Under the pieces are notes generated by a model. It was given only the letters and a program-made list of their open reading frames with translations. It searched no databases and was not told where the DNA came from. This document shows positions 37,891 to 51,005 of a DNA stretch of 64,000 nt, one piece after another; within the stretch, counting starts at the first letter, position 1; the number at the start of each line of letters is the position of its first letter. This stretch comes from Macrostomum lignano (taxonomy: Eukaryota). The translations under genes and the position numbers were made by a program. Where the stretch lies: assembly GCA_002269645.1 (NCBI GenBank), contig NIVC01002074.1, forward strand, positions 62,001 to 126,000. The letters run 5' to 3'.

Positions 37891-38728
37891 AGGATCTCAC
37901 ATACTGGTGTTTATAGTATTACTCATTAATTTCTATAATTACTGCTACATAAAAATATCACATAAACCCGTTGCAGGGAGCCAAACGCGGCAGCCTGCTT
38001 GGACCACATTCGCCCGCCCGGCAAGCCAAAATTTAGCCGTCCAGGAAGCTAAGGATTGCTATTTATAACAACACCTGGTTAAGACACCAGAAACTGCTGC
38101 TTACCAATAATTCGCTGTTATGGGCAGATAAAAACTTACTTTGACATGCTTATCAATCTGTACATAAACATTTGGTTTACCCTGCTGGTAAGAAAATTAG
38201 TGGGGTTGGAGGGTGGGGGTTTTATCGCCAGCCAATCAGAATCTATTCGTACATGCACATTTTTGCATGCTTTAATTAGCAACCAGTCCTCGATTACCTT
38301 CAATGTAGCCTTCCATTATGCGATATTTAATGAAGTTTTTCAACACATTTTATTTGTGGTATTCATCAAGTTCAGTAAGTCACTTCTCTTAATTGTTCTC
38401 AAAGTATGTACTAATACTTTAAACCGTTAACACCTTGGTTTATGCTTAAAATAAAATAAGCATTGTTTAAAACGTGGCCGTTAGGTTTTATTTGTATTCA
38501 GCTTCTGAAATGAGCGGCTTCGTACTAATTTGCACTTCTAAAAACATTTTATGGTTAATTTAATTAGTGGCTCAATACTATTTGGGAACTAATCAATTGT
38601 ATTTTAAAGTTACCTACCAGTGAAAAAACTATGACTTAGATGTTATGTAACTGCCCAGATGTTTATAAAAATATTGATCTACTAGATAATCCAAAAATGC
38701 TATACTTAAAGAAATGTTGGTCTTTGAA

Positions 38729-39011
<283 letters not shown>

Positions 39012-39961
39012 CAAACAGTTGCCAGGTAGCTAATTAGGCTTCGCGCAACAAATCAGAACTATTTGCGTCAAAAAGCATTTCTTGACATTCAGCTCGCAAT
39101 AGTGGAAACAATAAGCTTATATCCTATACGGATACTACGGATACTACGGAGACTACGGATAGATAGTCCAGTCATCTATTAAATCACGGTCCGAGTGAAC
39201 TTTAAGAAGGGGCCAAATGTCCGAATGCCAAGCCGACACAGAAAACAGCGGATATAGAGATGCCATTCATACAGCAGCCGGCGGAGGCGGAGCCAGTCCA
39301 TGCATTCTGTTAGCCGCAGGGAGCGGATGGGTCCAGAGCCTCCGGTAGGAGCAGCAGCAGCAGCCTAGCTATCTTCCAGAAGCGGTTTTCCAGGAAATTT
39401 CACAGAACTGCAGCGGCCGGTCGCCTTTGCCAGTTTTAGAGGGGGGGAGAGCCGCAAACACTGACGCAAAAAATTATCCTTAACCCCCCTCCCCAGCTGC
39501 TAGTTGCTACGCAGAGGATGTGTTCTAGAGGTTAGAGTGGTTATTTAGGACACCCTAACGAAGCCATCCCGAGTCCAGCCCGAAACCGGTTCCCTGCCCC
39601 CCCCCCCCACCAAAAATGGCAACTTGAATTATCTAATTCAAGTATGTTTAAAGAAACAGAAATACCATAAGACAATAAATCACTTTACAACGGCAATTGA
39701 CTACCGATATAATGAAAACATTTCACCTTTTAAGTACTATAGTACACAATATGGTGAAACTTAGGGCTGCTTGCCGCAAATACGGTGTTTACCACATAGC
39801 TTACCAAAGTGTTTAGTGTTTTCACGACTAACCAGAAAGATATTGGGATGAAGAAATTTGAAATTAAGATTTAACACATACGACAAGAGGGCTTTGTGTT
39901 TCGAAATTCGTGCCGTCCATGTTGTATGATTTTAGAACGAACATTTGGCATCTCATCCTGA

Positions 39962-40595
39962 GCTTTGGAATCTCACCCAAGGGCTTTGAAATCACCCAAG
40001 GGCTTTGGAATCTCACCCAAGGGCTTTGGAATCTCACCCAAGGGCTTTGGAATCTCACCCAAGGGCTTTGGAATCTCACCCAAGAGGGCTTTGGAATCTC
40101 ACCCAAGGGCTTTGGAATTCCACCCAAGGGCTTTGGAATCTCACCCAAGGGCTTTGGAATCTCACGAAGGCTTTGGAATCTCACCCAAGGGCTTTGGAAT
40201 TCCACCCAAGGGCTTTGGAATTCCACCCAAGGGCTTTGGAATCTCACCCAAGGGCTTTGGAATCTCACCCAAGGGCTTTGGAATCTCACCCAAGGGCTTT
40301 GGAATCTCACCCAAAAGGGCTTTGGAATCTCACCCAAGGGCTTTGGAATCTCACCCAAGAGGGATTTGAAATCTCACCAAGGGCTTTGGAATCTCACCCA
40401 AGGGCTTTGGAATCTCACCCAAGGGCTTTGGAATTCCATCAAGGGCTTTGGAATTCCACCCAAGGGCTTTGGAATTCCACCCAAGGGCTTTGGAATTCCA
40501 CCCAAGGGCTTTGGAATCTCACCCAAGAGGGCTTTGCATGGAATCTCACCCAAGAGGGCTTTGGAATCTTACCCAAGGGCTTTAGGATCTCACCA
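39962..40595. repeat. 21-bp minisatellite
   Basis: GGCTTTGGAATCTCACCCAAG. Confidence 0.95.
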
Positions 40596-41044
40596 GTTGC
40601 TTTGAAGTCTGAAGTTTCAAACACCTATGACGGCTATGATGTTTGAAAATTAGATAACTAATTTAATTAGACAAGATTTTATATTATCTAAATAAATAAG
40701 ATAATATGAAATCTAATTTAGAAATTAGAACTCCAGAATGTTATCAGAGATGACACTGGGTGCGCGAAATATTTTATAACTAAGAGAAGATGACTTAATA
40801 AAATAAAATAATTTGCACCCAAAACCATACGCAATCTCTTTCTTGAAAATCAATAACGACATCACGAAATAGCTCGTAAACACCTAATTCTTTTCGAAAT
40901 TTAACTGATCGGAAAATTTTAAATAAAAACATTAACTTTTTATTAAAACATGATCTCAAGATACATCGACACATTATTTTAGCAGTATATAACAAGCTTA
41001 CTGTAGCGATTCTGACTGTTACTTTGTTAATCTTATCTTCTTAT

Positions 41045-42335
41045 GCCTCCACAATCCACCGCATCCTCAATCCACTATCCGCATCCTCAATCCACCGCAT
41101 CCTCAATCCACCGCATCCTCAATCCACCGCATCCTCAATCCACCGCATCCTCAATCCACCGCATCCTCAATCCACCGCATCCTCAATCCACCACATCCTT
41201 AATCCACCACCGCATCCTCAATAAACCGCATCCTCAATCCACCACCGCATCCTCAATCCACCGCATCCTCAATCCACCACATCCTTAATCCACCACCGCA
41301 TCCTCAATCAACCGCATCCTCAATCCACCACCGCATCCTCAATCCACCGCATCCTTAATCCACCGCATCCTCAATCCACCGCATCCTCAATCCACCGCAT
41401 CCTCAATCCACCACCGCATCCTCAATCCACCGCATCCTCAATCCACCGCATCCTCAATCCACCGCATCCTCAATCCACCGCATCCTCAATCCAATCCACC
41501 ACCGCATCCTCAATTCACCACATCCTCAATCCACTATCCGCATCCTCAATCCACTATCCGCATCCTCAATCCACCACCGCATCCTCAATCCACCGCATCC
41601 TCAATCCACCGCATCCTCAATCCACCGCATCCTCAATCCACCGCATCCTCAATCCACCACATCCTTAATCCACCGCATCCTCAATCCACCACATCCTCAA
41701 TCCACCACATCCTCAATCCACCGCATCCTCAATCCACCACCGCATCCTCAATCCACCGCATCCTCAATCCACCGCATCCTTAATCCACCGCATCCTCAAT
41801 TCACCACATCCTCAATCCACTATCCGCATCCTCAATCCACTATCCGCATCCTCAATCCACCACCGCATCCTCAATCCACCGCATCCTCAATCCACTATCC
41901 GCATCCTCAATCCACTATCCGCATCCTCAATCCACCACCGCATCCTCAATCCACCGCATCCTCAATCCACCGCATCCTCAATCCACCGCATCCTCAATCC
42001 ACCGCATCCTCAATCCACCGCATCCTCAATCCACCGCATCCTCAATCCACCGCATCCTCAATCCACCGCATCCTCAATCCACCGCATCCTCAATCCACCG
42101 CATCCTCAATCCACCGCATCCTCAATCCACCGCATCCTCAATCCACCGCATCCTCAATCCACCGCATCCTCAATCCACCGCATCCTCAATCCACCGCATC
42201 CTCAATCCACCGCATCCTCAATCCACCGCATCCTCAATCCACCGCATCCTCAATCCACCGCATCCTCAATCCACCGCATCCTCAATCCACCGCATCCTCA
42301 ATCCACCGCATCCTCAATCCACCGCATCCTCAATC
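41045..42335. repeat. 16-bp minisatellite abutting the Ldh_2 stop codon
   Basis: CCACCGCATCCTCAAT. Confidence 0.95.
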
Positions 42336-42839
42336 AACTGTACGCATGGGCTCCACGCTGCACTCCTGGGCCAGAGCGGCCAGGTGGGCCAGCTGGTTCA
42401 CATGGTAGGCCACGCCGCCCCGCCGGGCGCAGTCCGCCTCCCGGGCCCGCTCCGGGTCGCCCGGAAACAGCACAGGCGAATCCGGGTCGGCCGGCTCAAG
42501 TCCGCGAAACACGTCCGCCACTTCGGACAATCGGCCGGAGAAATCCGGAGCAAACGCGGACGGATCGACGGCTACAAAGCACTGTCCAAGTCTGGCCGGA
42601 GCAGTGTCCGATTTCCAGGCTCGGACAGACGGTCCTACCGGAGTTCCGGCCAACAGACTGCACAGAATCTCCACCATAAGCGCCAGACCGTAGCCCTTGT
42701 AGCCGCTGGTCTCCTCCAGGCCGCCCAGCGGCAGCACCCCGCCGTGCAGGCCCGCCTCGGAGTCGCGGGTCTCGCGACCTTCGCTGTCCACCGCCCAGCC
42801 TGCCGGCAATTGTTGCCCGGTGCGGTGCTTCATCTCCAC
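42330..42839 (-). CDS. Ldh_2-family dehydrogenase exon 3
   Basis: LPAGWAVDSEG...LPLGG...GYKGYGLALMVEILCSLLAG...GQCFVAVDP...FPGDPE. Total about 361 aa. Confidence 0.9.
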   Translation of the reverse strand: MEMKHRTGQQLPAGWAVDSEGRETRDSEAGLHGGVLPLGGLEETSGYKGYGLALMVEILCSLLAGTPVGPSVRAWKSDTAPARLGQCFVAVDPSAFAPDFSGRLSEVADVFRGLEPADPDSPVLFPGDPERAREADCARRGGVAYHVNQLAHLAALAQECSVEPMRTVD

Positions 42840-43039
42840 CTGGGCGTAAGCATTGGCAAATTTGAAATTGGTGAGCTACCATATAGTAACCTAAACCCCC
42901 GTAATGAATCTAGTCAAGAGATTGGAGCGATCAGAGTGGGCATCATCGAACAGTCTAGAGTGAGATTATTCAACGAAAAAATTATATCATTTCATGAAAA
43001 ATAAAGAGATTATCGCACGGCAGAGTATCCGTGAGACTA

Positions 43040-43530
43040 TCCTATATGCAAGAGTGAGATAAACTCATGAAAGAGTGAGATTATATGATGGAAGAGTCAA
43101 ATAATCCCATAGAAGAGTGAGATTATCTCATAGGAGAGTGAAATAGCCCCATAGAAGGGTGAAATAATCTCATAGAAGAGTGAAATAATCTCATAGAGAA
43201 GTGAAATAATCTCATAGAAGAGTGAGATAATCTCATAGAAGAGTGAGATAATCTCATAGAAGAGTGAGATAATCTCATAGAAGAGTGAGATAATCTCATA
43301 GAAGAGTGAGATAATCTCATAGAAGAGTGAATAATCTCATAGAAGAGTGAGATAATCTCATAGAAGAGTGAGATAATCTCATAGAAGAGTGAAATAATCT
43401 CATAGAAGAGTCAAATAAGCTCATAGATGACTGAGATAATCTCATAGAAGAGTGAAATAATCCCATAGTAGAGTGAGATTATCTTATAGTATAGTGACAC
43501 AATCTGAATAAAGAGTGAGATTATCTCATA
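43040..43530. repeat. 21-bp minisatellite with internal palindrome
   Basis: GAGTGAGATAATCTCATAGAA (TGAGAT-A-ATCTCA). Confidence 0.9.
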
Positions 43531-43549
43531 GAAAAGAGCAACATTATAC

Positions 43550-43881
43550 CTTGCCGTAAGCCACAGCGGAGGTGGCCATATCCAGCAGAAATGGCTCGCC
43601 GGGCCGGTCAGTGGGGGCGGCCATGCACACCGGATTGGTGCCCAGAGCCGGCTGTTTAGCCCTAGTGGGCACCAGAATTGGTGAGGCGTTGGTGAAGGCC
43701 AGGCCGATGAGGCCGTGGCCAGCCGCCCGGAGGCTGTAGTGCCCGGCTATGCCGAAGTGAGTGGAGTTGGCGGCCACCACCCAGCCGACGCCGCACTGGC
43801 GGGCTTTGGCCACGGCCAGGTCCATGCAGAATTCGCCAACCACCACGCCTAGAAGGTGACGGCCGTCCACGTGGGCGGTGC
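43550..43881 (-). CDS. Ldh_2-family dehydrogenase exon 2
   Basis: AHVDG..LLG...AVAKARQCGVGWVVAANSTHFGIAGHY...FTNASP...LGTNP...LLDMATSAVAYGK. Confidence 0.9.
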
Positions 43882-44164
43882 CTGCAGGGGACGTCGGCGG
43901 GGAGAGAGAGGCACGAATTATGGCTTTATCACAGATTTTGGCGGGTGATGCGAGCTCGTAGAGATAAAAACAGGTAAAATTTAGAGTGGCGTAAATGGCA
44001 CAGTAGAGTGGCAGAATAGAGAAAGAGACAGTAGGGTAGGCGGTAGGTTGGGCAGAAAGTAGAGGTAGACATTTGGGTAAGATAGATGGTATGTTTGCAT
44101 TCCAGAGGGGTAGACAATGGATTAGGATAGTATGTTGGCAGAAAAGAGAAGTAGACGATAATTC

Positions 44165-45795
44165 AGTAGTCTGTAGATTGTGGATTGGCATAGTAGAGAA
44201 GTAGATAGTCAGTAGATGGTAGATTTGCAGAGTAGAGAGGTAGATAGTGAGTAGATGTTAGATTGGCAGAGTAGAGAGGTAGATAGTCAGTAGATGGTAG
44301 ATTTGCAGAGTAGAGAGGTAGATAGTGAGTAGATGTTAGATTGGCAGAGTAGAGAGGTAGATAGTCAGTAGATGGTAGATTTGCAGAGTAGAGAGGTAGA
44401 TAGTCAGTAGATGGTAGATTTGCACAGTAGAGAGGTAGATAGTCAGTAGATGGTAGATTTGCAGAGTAGAGAGGTAGATAGTCAGTAGATGGTAGATTTG
44501 CAGAGTAGAGAGGTAGATAGTCAGTAGATGGTAGATTTGCACAGTAGAGAGGTAGATAGTCAGTAGATGGTAGATTTGCAGAGTAGAGAGGTAGATAGTC
44601 AGTAGATGGTAGATTTGCAGAGTAGAGAGGTAGATAGTCAGTAGATGGTAGATTTGCAGAGTAGAGAGGTAGATAGTCAGTAGATGGTAGATTTGCAGAG
44701 TAGAGAGGTAGATAGTCAGTAGATTGGCAGAGTAGAGAAGTAGATAGTCAGTAGATGGTAGATTTGCAGAGTAGAGAGGTAGATAGTGAGTAGATGTTAG
44801 ATTGGCAGAGTAGAGAGGTAGATAGTGAGTAGATGTTAGATTGGCAGAGTAGAGAGGTAGATAGTCAGTAGATGGTAGATTGGCAGAGTAGAGAGGTAGA
44901 TAGTCAGTAGATGGTAGATTTGCAGAGTAGAGAGGTAGATAGTCAGTAGATGGTAGATTGGCAGAGTAGAGAGGTAGATAGTCAGTAGATGGTAGATTGG
45001 CAGAGTAGAGAGGTAGATAGTCAGTAGATGGTAGATTTGCAGAGTAGAGAGGTAGATAGTCAGTAGATGGTAGATTTGCAGAGTAGAGAGGTAGATAGTC
45101 AGTAGATGGTAGATTTGCAGAGTAGAGAGGTAGATAGTCAGTAGATGGTAGATTTGCAGAGTAGAGAGGTAGATAGTCAGTAGATGGTAGATTTGCACAG
45201 TAGATAGGTAGATAGTCAGTAGATGGTAGATTTGCAGAGTAGAGAGGTAGATAGTGAGTAGATGTTAGATTGGCAGAGTAGAGAGGTAGATAGTCAGTAG
45301 ATGGTAGATTTGCAGAGTAGAGAGGTAGATAGTCAGTAGATGGTAGATTGGCAGAGTAAGGGAGGTAGATAGTCAGTAGATGGTAGATTTGCAGAGTAGA
45401 GAGGTAGATAATCAGTAGATGGTAGATTTGCAGAGTAGAGATGTAGATAGTCAGTAGATGGTAGATTTGCAGAGTAGAGAGGTAGATAGTCAGTAGATGG
45501 TAGATTGGCAGAGTAAGGGAGGTAGATAGTCAGTAGATGGTAGATTTGCAGAGTAGAGAGGTAGATAGTCAGTAGATGGTAGATTTGCACAGTAGAGAGG
45601 TAGATAGTCAGTAGATGGTAGATTTGCAGAGTAGAGAGGTAGATAGTCAGTAGATGGTAGATTTGCAGAGTAGAGAGGTAGATAGTCAGTAGATGGTAGA
45701 TTTGCAGAATAGAGAGGTAGATAGTCAGTAGATAGTAGATTGGCAGAGTAAGAGAGGTAGACTGTAAGTAGATGGTAGATTTGCAGAGTAGAGAT
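44165..45795. repeat. 39-bp minisatellite, about 41 copies (Ldh_2 intron 1)
   Basis: AGAGTAGAGAGGTAGATAGTCAGTAGATGGTAGATTTGC. Confidence 0.95.
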
Positions 45796-45808
45796 AGAAA
45801 AAGCGCAC

Positions 45809-46052
45809 CGGCGGTTTCCTTCAGGATGGCAGGTTCGCCGGAGCCTTGGGTGACGCCGGCCCGAACGTCGCGCACGTACACGTCGAGCCTGTTGATGCCG
45901 TGGCTGTAGTGGCCTCGCCTGTCTGCGGAAAGCAGGATCTCAGCTAGGCGGGCAGCGTGCGTGCTGTCAGCGCCGGCCCATCGCATGCACTCGATGACTA
46001 AGCGGGTGACCTCCGACTCCGGCACGAGCTTCTCTGTTGTCATAGCTGACAT
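45809..46052 (-). CDS. Ldh_2 (malate/L-lactate/ureidoglycolate dehydrogenase family) exon 1
   Basis: LAEILLSADRRGHYSHGINRL motif. Donor G|GTGCGC. Confidence 0.88.
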
Positions 46053-46822
46053 TCTCGATTTCTTTATTATTGCAGCTATTAGAATTAAAAATGACGGATT
46101 CTTATTAGCCTACTGCAAGTAGAAAAAGACGTATTTTTGCATATATTTTATTATTCAACACAAAAACCTGAATATATAATGACAACTACTTATCCGTACT
46201 AAAATCAGGAAAGTACACATTTTAGGCAATTTTTTAAAATTCGAGAAATTCAGACTCACCTGAAGCCACAGATGCACTAAGTAAGGCCTAGATATGAAGT
46301 AGTGAACATAGTAAATATTTAATGTTCAGTTAGCATAGGATTTTCACACCAACTATCCACAGAAAAATAGGTAAAGATTTAGTTAGAATGCGTTTAAAAT
46401 TGAATTCTCTCATAGCCTGAACAAAAAAATCGCTGCTTGCAGGAGTCGCAGTCCTCTTTAGCAGCCAAATCCTTATGTTTAACTTTTTTTTCAATGAGAT
46501 TCCCGGACGATTTAGGTTAGGGTTAAAGTTGGGGTTTAGTGTCAGTTAGGATTAAAATTAATTGTTGAGACTTTTTAAAGTCATTTCTTCAGTTCATCTG
46601 CACTCGTCTCTGTTTACTCTCCCTCTGTCTAGTTCAAATCTTGCTTTTCTTATCTCTCTTCCTTGCTGCCTTCTGATTGGCTCTTCAATCTCGCCTCTTT
46701 CCTCAGTCGCGCACTCCACCCCTCTCCTTTCTTATCTGCGCTCAACCCTCTAATTTAAATAAATAAATACGCTCTCGCTTCTGGGCCCTGCGCCACTTAC
46801 TGGTTCTTTTCGGGGTCGTTTT

Positions 46823-46980
46823 ACAAACCCGAAATTTCACAATGTCAAATTGCACTGGAGAGATAGGAGACTTCACAAACCCGAAATTTCACAATGTCGC
46901 ATTGCACTGGAGAGATAGGGAGTCTTCACAAACCTGAAATTTCACAATGTCAAATTGCACTCTAATTGCACTGCAGTCAA
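46823..46980. repeat. About 52-bp unit, three copies
   Basis: ACAAACCCGAAATTTCACAATGTC...TTGCACT at 46823, 46875 and 46928. Confidence 0.8.
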
Positions 46981-47648
46981 ATGTAAAGCTCTAATTATCA
47001 AACAATTTCAAGCAAAAAATTCAGAAAAATTCAAGCAGAAATGAGCTTACCTATTCAATTCGATTTTGAAGAGTCCAACCAAAACAAATAACACGACATA
47101 TAGACGTTTAACTTAATAACACTGTCTGCTAATAAAGCATTGGCAGTCGCTATGAGAAGCAGTTTTTTTGTCAGCTATCTAATCTGATTCCCAGTGAGTA
47201 ACCGCACAAGTTGAAAGCTTTCGAGCAATTCAATCGTATATTCCTACACTCTTTAGCTAGCCTATTTTCAATGAACAATGCATACGAGCTTCAGTAAGAC
47301 ATACTCACGTACTCTTTTTAAATGTGAAATTGATAAAGACTCAAATAGTATCGGTTTTTTATGATTCAAGTCGTGCTCTATACATATTGATGAAAATTTT
47401 CGAGCTTTATTAAAGACCAAATATGGTTTGACAACAAGAAGACAAGAATACGCTACATAGCCTACTCTTAAAGTATCAGTAGGCAAGTAGCGAATTATAT
47501 TATTTTCCCTACTCTATTTAACAAAAATAGTGTAGAAATCGCTACTTGCCTACTCATTTTTATCTCGACAGTAGGCAATTTCGAGCATGTAACTATTCAG
47601 AAGAAAACGCAGTTATCAAAGAAATGCCCAAAAAGCTGATCTCAGTTT

Positions 47649-48065
47649 TTACTGCAAGCCACTATTAGACTTAAGTCTGGTAAAAACCACAGTAGTAACG
47701 TCAGCCCCAACAGCGCCGCCAAACTTGAACGCTCTACCAGGCAGAGTCTCCACGTGCTTAAATTGGTCAGAGAATTGAGCAATCAACTCAGTTTCAGTCC
47801 AGTTGCACGAGGCTACAACCAATTGATTGTTGCTATTAGCAACAGAGTCGAGTAGTTTAACTGCAAATTGTCGATAAGCGAATCGTTTGCCCTGAGAATT
47901 GTCCGGACAAAGGCTGATAGCATCGTAGGTACCTTTGTCTAGCAGCAGTAGATTTGGATAGTGAATGTTCGAGTCCGGGGCGCGGAGGAATTCGAGGGCG
48001 GAGGCCGCGGCTCCGGGCTCGGTGACGTCTAACAGCCGAGCGATGACGAGATCCGACACGCCAGC
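47649..48065 (-). CDS. EEF1AKMT2: EEF1AKMT2 terminal exon
   Basis: ccacag|GCT. DKGTYDAISL.PDN...SCNWTETEL...FKFGG..G matches METTL10. Confidence 0.9.
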   Translation of the reverse strand, partial: AGVSDLVIARLLDVTEPGAAASALEFLRAPDSNIHYPNLLLLDKGTYDAISLCPDNSQGKRFAYRQFAVKLLDSVANSNNQLVVASCNWTETELIAQFSDQFKHVETLPGRAFKFGGAVGADVTTVVFTRLKSNSGLQ

Positions 48066-48174
48066 CTGTGGAATGTAAGAAAACATAAAAATAGGAATAT
48101 ATATGCGCTTCAGACTACTGAAATTGGCTGTTAGCAGCGTAGCAAGAAGTTTAAAGTTCTCATAGATAACTTAG

Positions 48175-49010
48175 ATTATTAGATGGACATCTAGATGATT
48201 AGATTACAGACCGGTTATCTAGATGATTAGATTACAGACCGATTATCTAAATGATTAGATTACAGATCGATTATCTAGATGATTAGATTACAGACCGATT
48301 ATCTAGATGATTAGATTACAGACCGATTATCAAGATGATTAGACTACAGACCGGTTATCTAGATGATTAGACTACAGACCGATTATCTAGATTATTAGAT
48401 TACAGACCGGTTATCAAGATGATTAGACTACAGACCGATTATCTAGATGATTAGATTACAGACCGATTATCTAAATGATTAGATTACAGATCGATTATCT
48501 AGATTATTAGATTACAGACCGATTATCTAGATGATTAGATTACAGACCGATTATCAAGATGATTAGATTACAGACCGATTATCTAGATGATTAGATTACA
48601 GATCGATTATCTAGATGATTAGATTACAGACCGATTATCAAGATGATTAGATTACAGACCGATTATCTAGATGATTAGACTACAGACCGATTATCTAGAT
48701 GATTAGATTACAGACCGATTATCTAGATGATTAGATTACAGACCGGTTATCAAGATGATTAGATTACAGACCGATTATCTAGATTTTTATAATACAGACC
48801 GATTATCTAGATGATTAGATTACAGACCGATTATCTAGATGATTAGATTACAGACCGATTATCTAAATGATTAGATTACAGACCGATTATCTACTGGTAG
48901 ATGATTAGATTACAGACCAATTATCTGGCTGATTAGATTACAGACCGATTATCTAGGTGATTAGATTACAGGCCAATTATCTGGCTGATTAGATTACAGA
49001 CCAATTCTCT
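48175..49010. repeat. 28-bp minisatellite (EEF1AKMT2 intron)
   Basis: GATTAGATTACAGACCGATTATCTAGAT. Confidence 0.95.
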
Positions 49011-49057
49011 AGACAGGTTGCAGTGTACATAGCAATAGTTGAACACAATATACCCAC

Positions 49058-49496
49058 CTTAGAAGCCAGCCGGTTGGTCAGCTCAATAGCCGGTTCACTG
49101 TAGTCTAGACACAGCAGTCTGCTCAAACCAGTCAACAAGTGACTATTCGCAGCCAATCTCAGTGCGAGATGTCCATTGCCGCAGCCAATGTCAACCACGG
49201 CCAGTTGTTGAGTTGGACAGGCATCGCGAATCGCATTCAATCGCCGTTCAACATAGCTAACCAGCCTCTGCTCTGCCGCTGCTCCAAACCAGACTTCGCC
49301 TCGATCATCGCCACTGCCGCCCTCCTCATCATTAGCGGCTGCTTCGTCTAAATAGTTGGCCAACTCTTGGCCATAGAATCGTTCCCAGTAGTCCCGCCGG
49401 CCAAGCTGCGAAGGTTCCAGCTCGATGCAATCTGAATCCAATGACAATGATGAAGAAGCTGGGTCATTGTCACCAGCGGGTGCTTCTGATGCTGCT
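49058..49496 (-). CDS. EEF1AKMT2: EEF1A lysine methyltransferase 2 (METTL10/Efm4) exon; start codon not located
   Basis: PSQLGRRDYWERFYGQEL...GEVWFG...VVDIGCGNG...DYSEPAIEL. Donor AAG|GTGGGT. Confidence 0.88.
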
Positions 49497-50520
49497 CTGG
49501 ACAGGAATGTTTGAAAATAAAGAATAAATAACTTCAAAGAAAAATACAGCCCAAAGCACAGAGTGCATACACCATGCTTGGTAAAGAATAGTGGCTAAGT
49601 CAGGACTGCTTTCAACCTTGCTTGAGTGCCTGCATAAAGATCATTGTATTCATTCTATACACTCCTAGATGGGCCACTCCAGTCACCTGGCTATAGCACA
49701 AAACCATAGAATGTAGTAACCTCTGCTGCTTTCAAAGATAAGCACTTAAAGACTGCAGACTAGGCTTGATAGTGAATAGCTACCTCCATTAATACATTTT
49801 AGTTTTTAGTAGAAAAACCTTAGAAACTCTGCTAGCATAGTTGCTCTATGCTTTGCAAGAAGATTAATGAAACTTTAACCATATACCAATGTCAACATCT
49901 GCTCCTAAGTCTTGCTTAGTAGACTAGCAATTTCTTTATATATCATTGTTTTAGTTAGTAAGTTAGCCTATATTGAGTGGCATAGCAGGTAATTATTTTT
50001 CAGCATCTCATTTTTATCCAATTGTGCAATAGCAGGTTGTTACTTGTTCTTCCTTTTTTAAAATACTTGATAAAACTGCCTAGGTCTTTGTTAGTTAGGC
50101 CTAGGCCTAAGAAGTTATTGCCTAATCTTGATAGGCTTTTAGCATTGCCAAAAAATCCATTTTGGAATATGAAACACTAAAAAGACAGCTAATTGGAAAT
50201 TATCCTAGTAAATCAGATGCACTTGGTTGGCCATGATGGCTGATGCTTTTCTAATCTAATATTAGGCCCCTGTAGCATTATTTAAGTCAAGAGATTTATT
50301 TTTCTTAATCCCTATCCTTTATTATTATCCCTATCTTCTTTGCCAATAGTCTATAGTCAAAACATTTCATACTTTTTTAAAGAGAAAAAACCTATGGCCA
50401 TAGCCTATAGGCCATGTAATCTCAACCAAAGATCTTGTCTAGTACTTTTGGGTGACAATAAAGCTAGAATTATGCATATTCATGATCTAGGTATTGCTAA
50501 ACTTAGTACACTTCATACTT

Positions 50521-51005
50521 GGGCATAACTATGGTTTCGTTTGTTATATTATTTCTTGTTTCAAATTTGTTCCAGCATACAAAGAAATGGCTGGACAACC
50601 ACTGGCTCCTACGACAATCATTCCATGCGTCTATAAACCACCGGCTCCATTTTGTGGACCCTAGGACCCAAAGGTTCATACGAACACTATCGAGGGAATG
50701 TGGGCGCATTGTAAGGCAAAGTTTCGCAACATGTACGGGATGAGTGATGGTCTATTTGAAACTCATCTGCAGGAATTTCTGTGGCGCCGTCTATATCCAC
50801 GGAATGTGTTTGGCAACTTTCTCTACTGGGTGTCACATTATTATCCCCTCTAATTATCTTTCTTGTGACTTTGAACTCTAATTTGAACTTTTTTGGTGGT
50901 GGGTCATCTTTTCTAAACTACTCTAAGTACAGTTTATCGTAATCTCTAATAACTTGTTGCTTTTTTAAATAAAATAATATAACGAATGAAACCATAGTTA
51001 TGCCC
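50521..51005 (+). mobile_element. Internally deleted Merlin (IS1016/IS1595-like) DNA transposon
   Basis: About 34-bp TIRs GGGCATAACTATGGTTTC. Frameshifted remnant INHRLHFVDP / HTNTIEGMWAHCK...HLQEFLWRR...YP. Confidence 0.75.

Noticed and set aside
39230-39470. Candidate third exon of the PDZ gene (ccgcag|GGAGCGG...)
   Set aside because: The phase-compatible frame stops after 16 codons with no family motif. Cannot be supported without cDNA.
42330-46052. Recent horizontal transfer of a bacterial-type Ldh_2 dehydrogenase
   Set aside because: The family occurs in many invertebrates, and this copy has spliceosomal introns and host-like composition. A phylogeny would be needed for any HGT claim.
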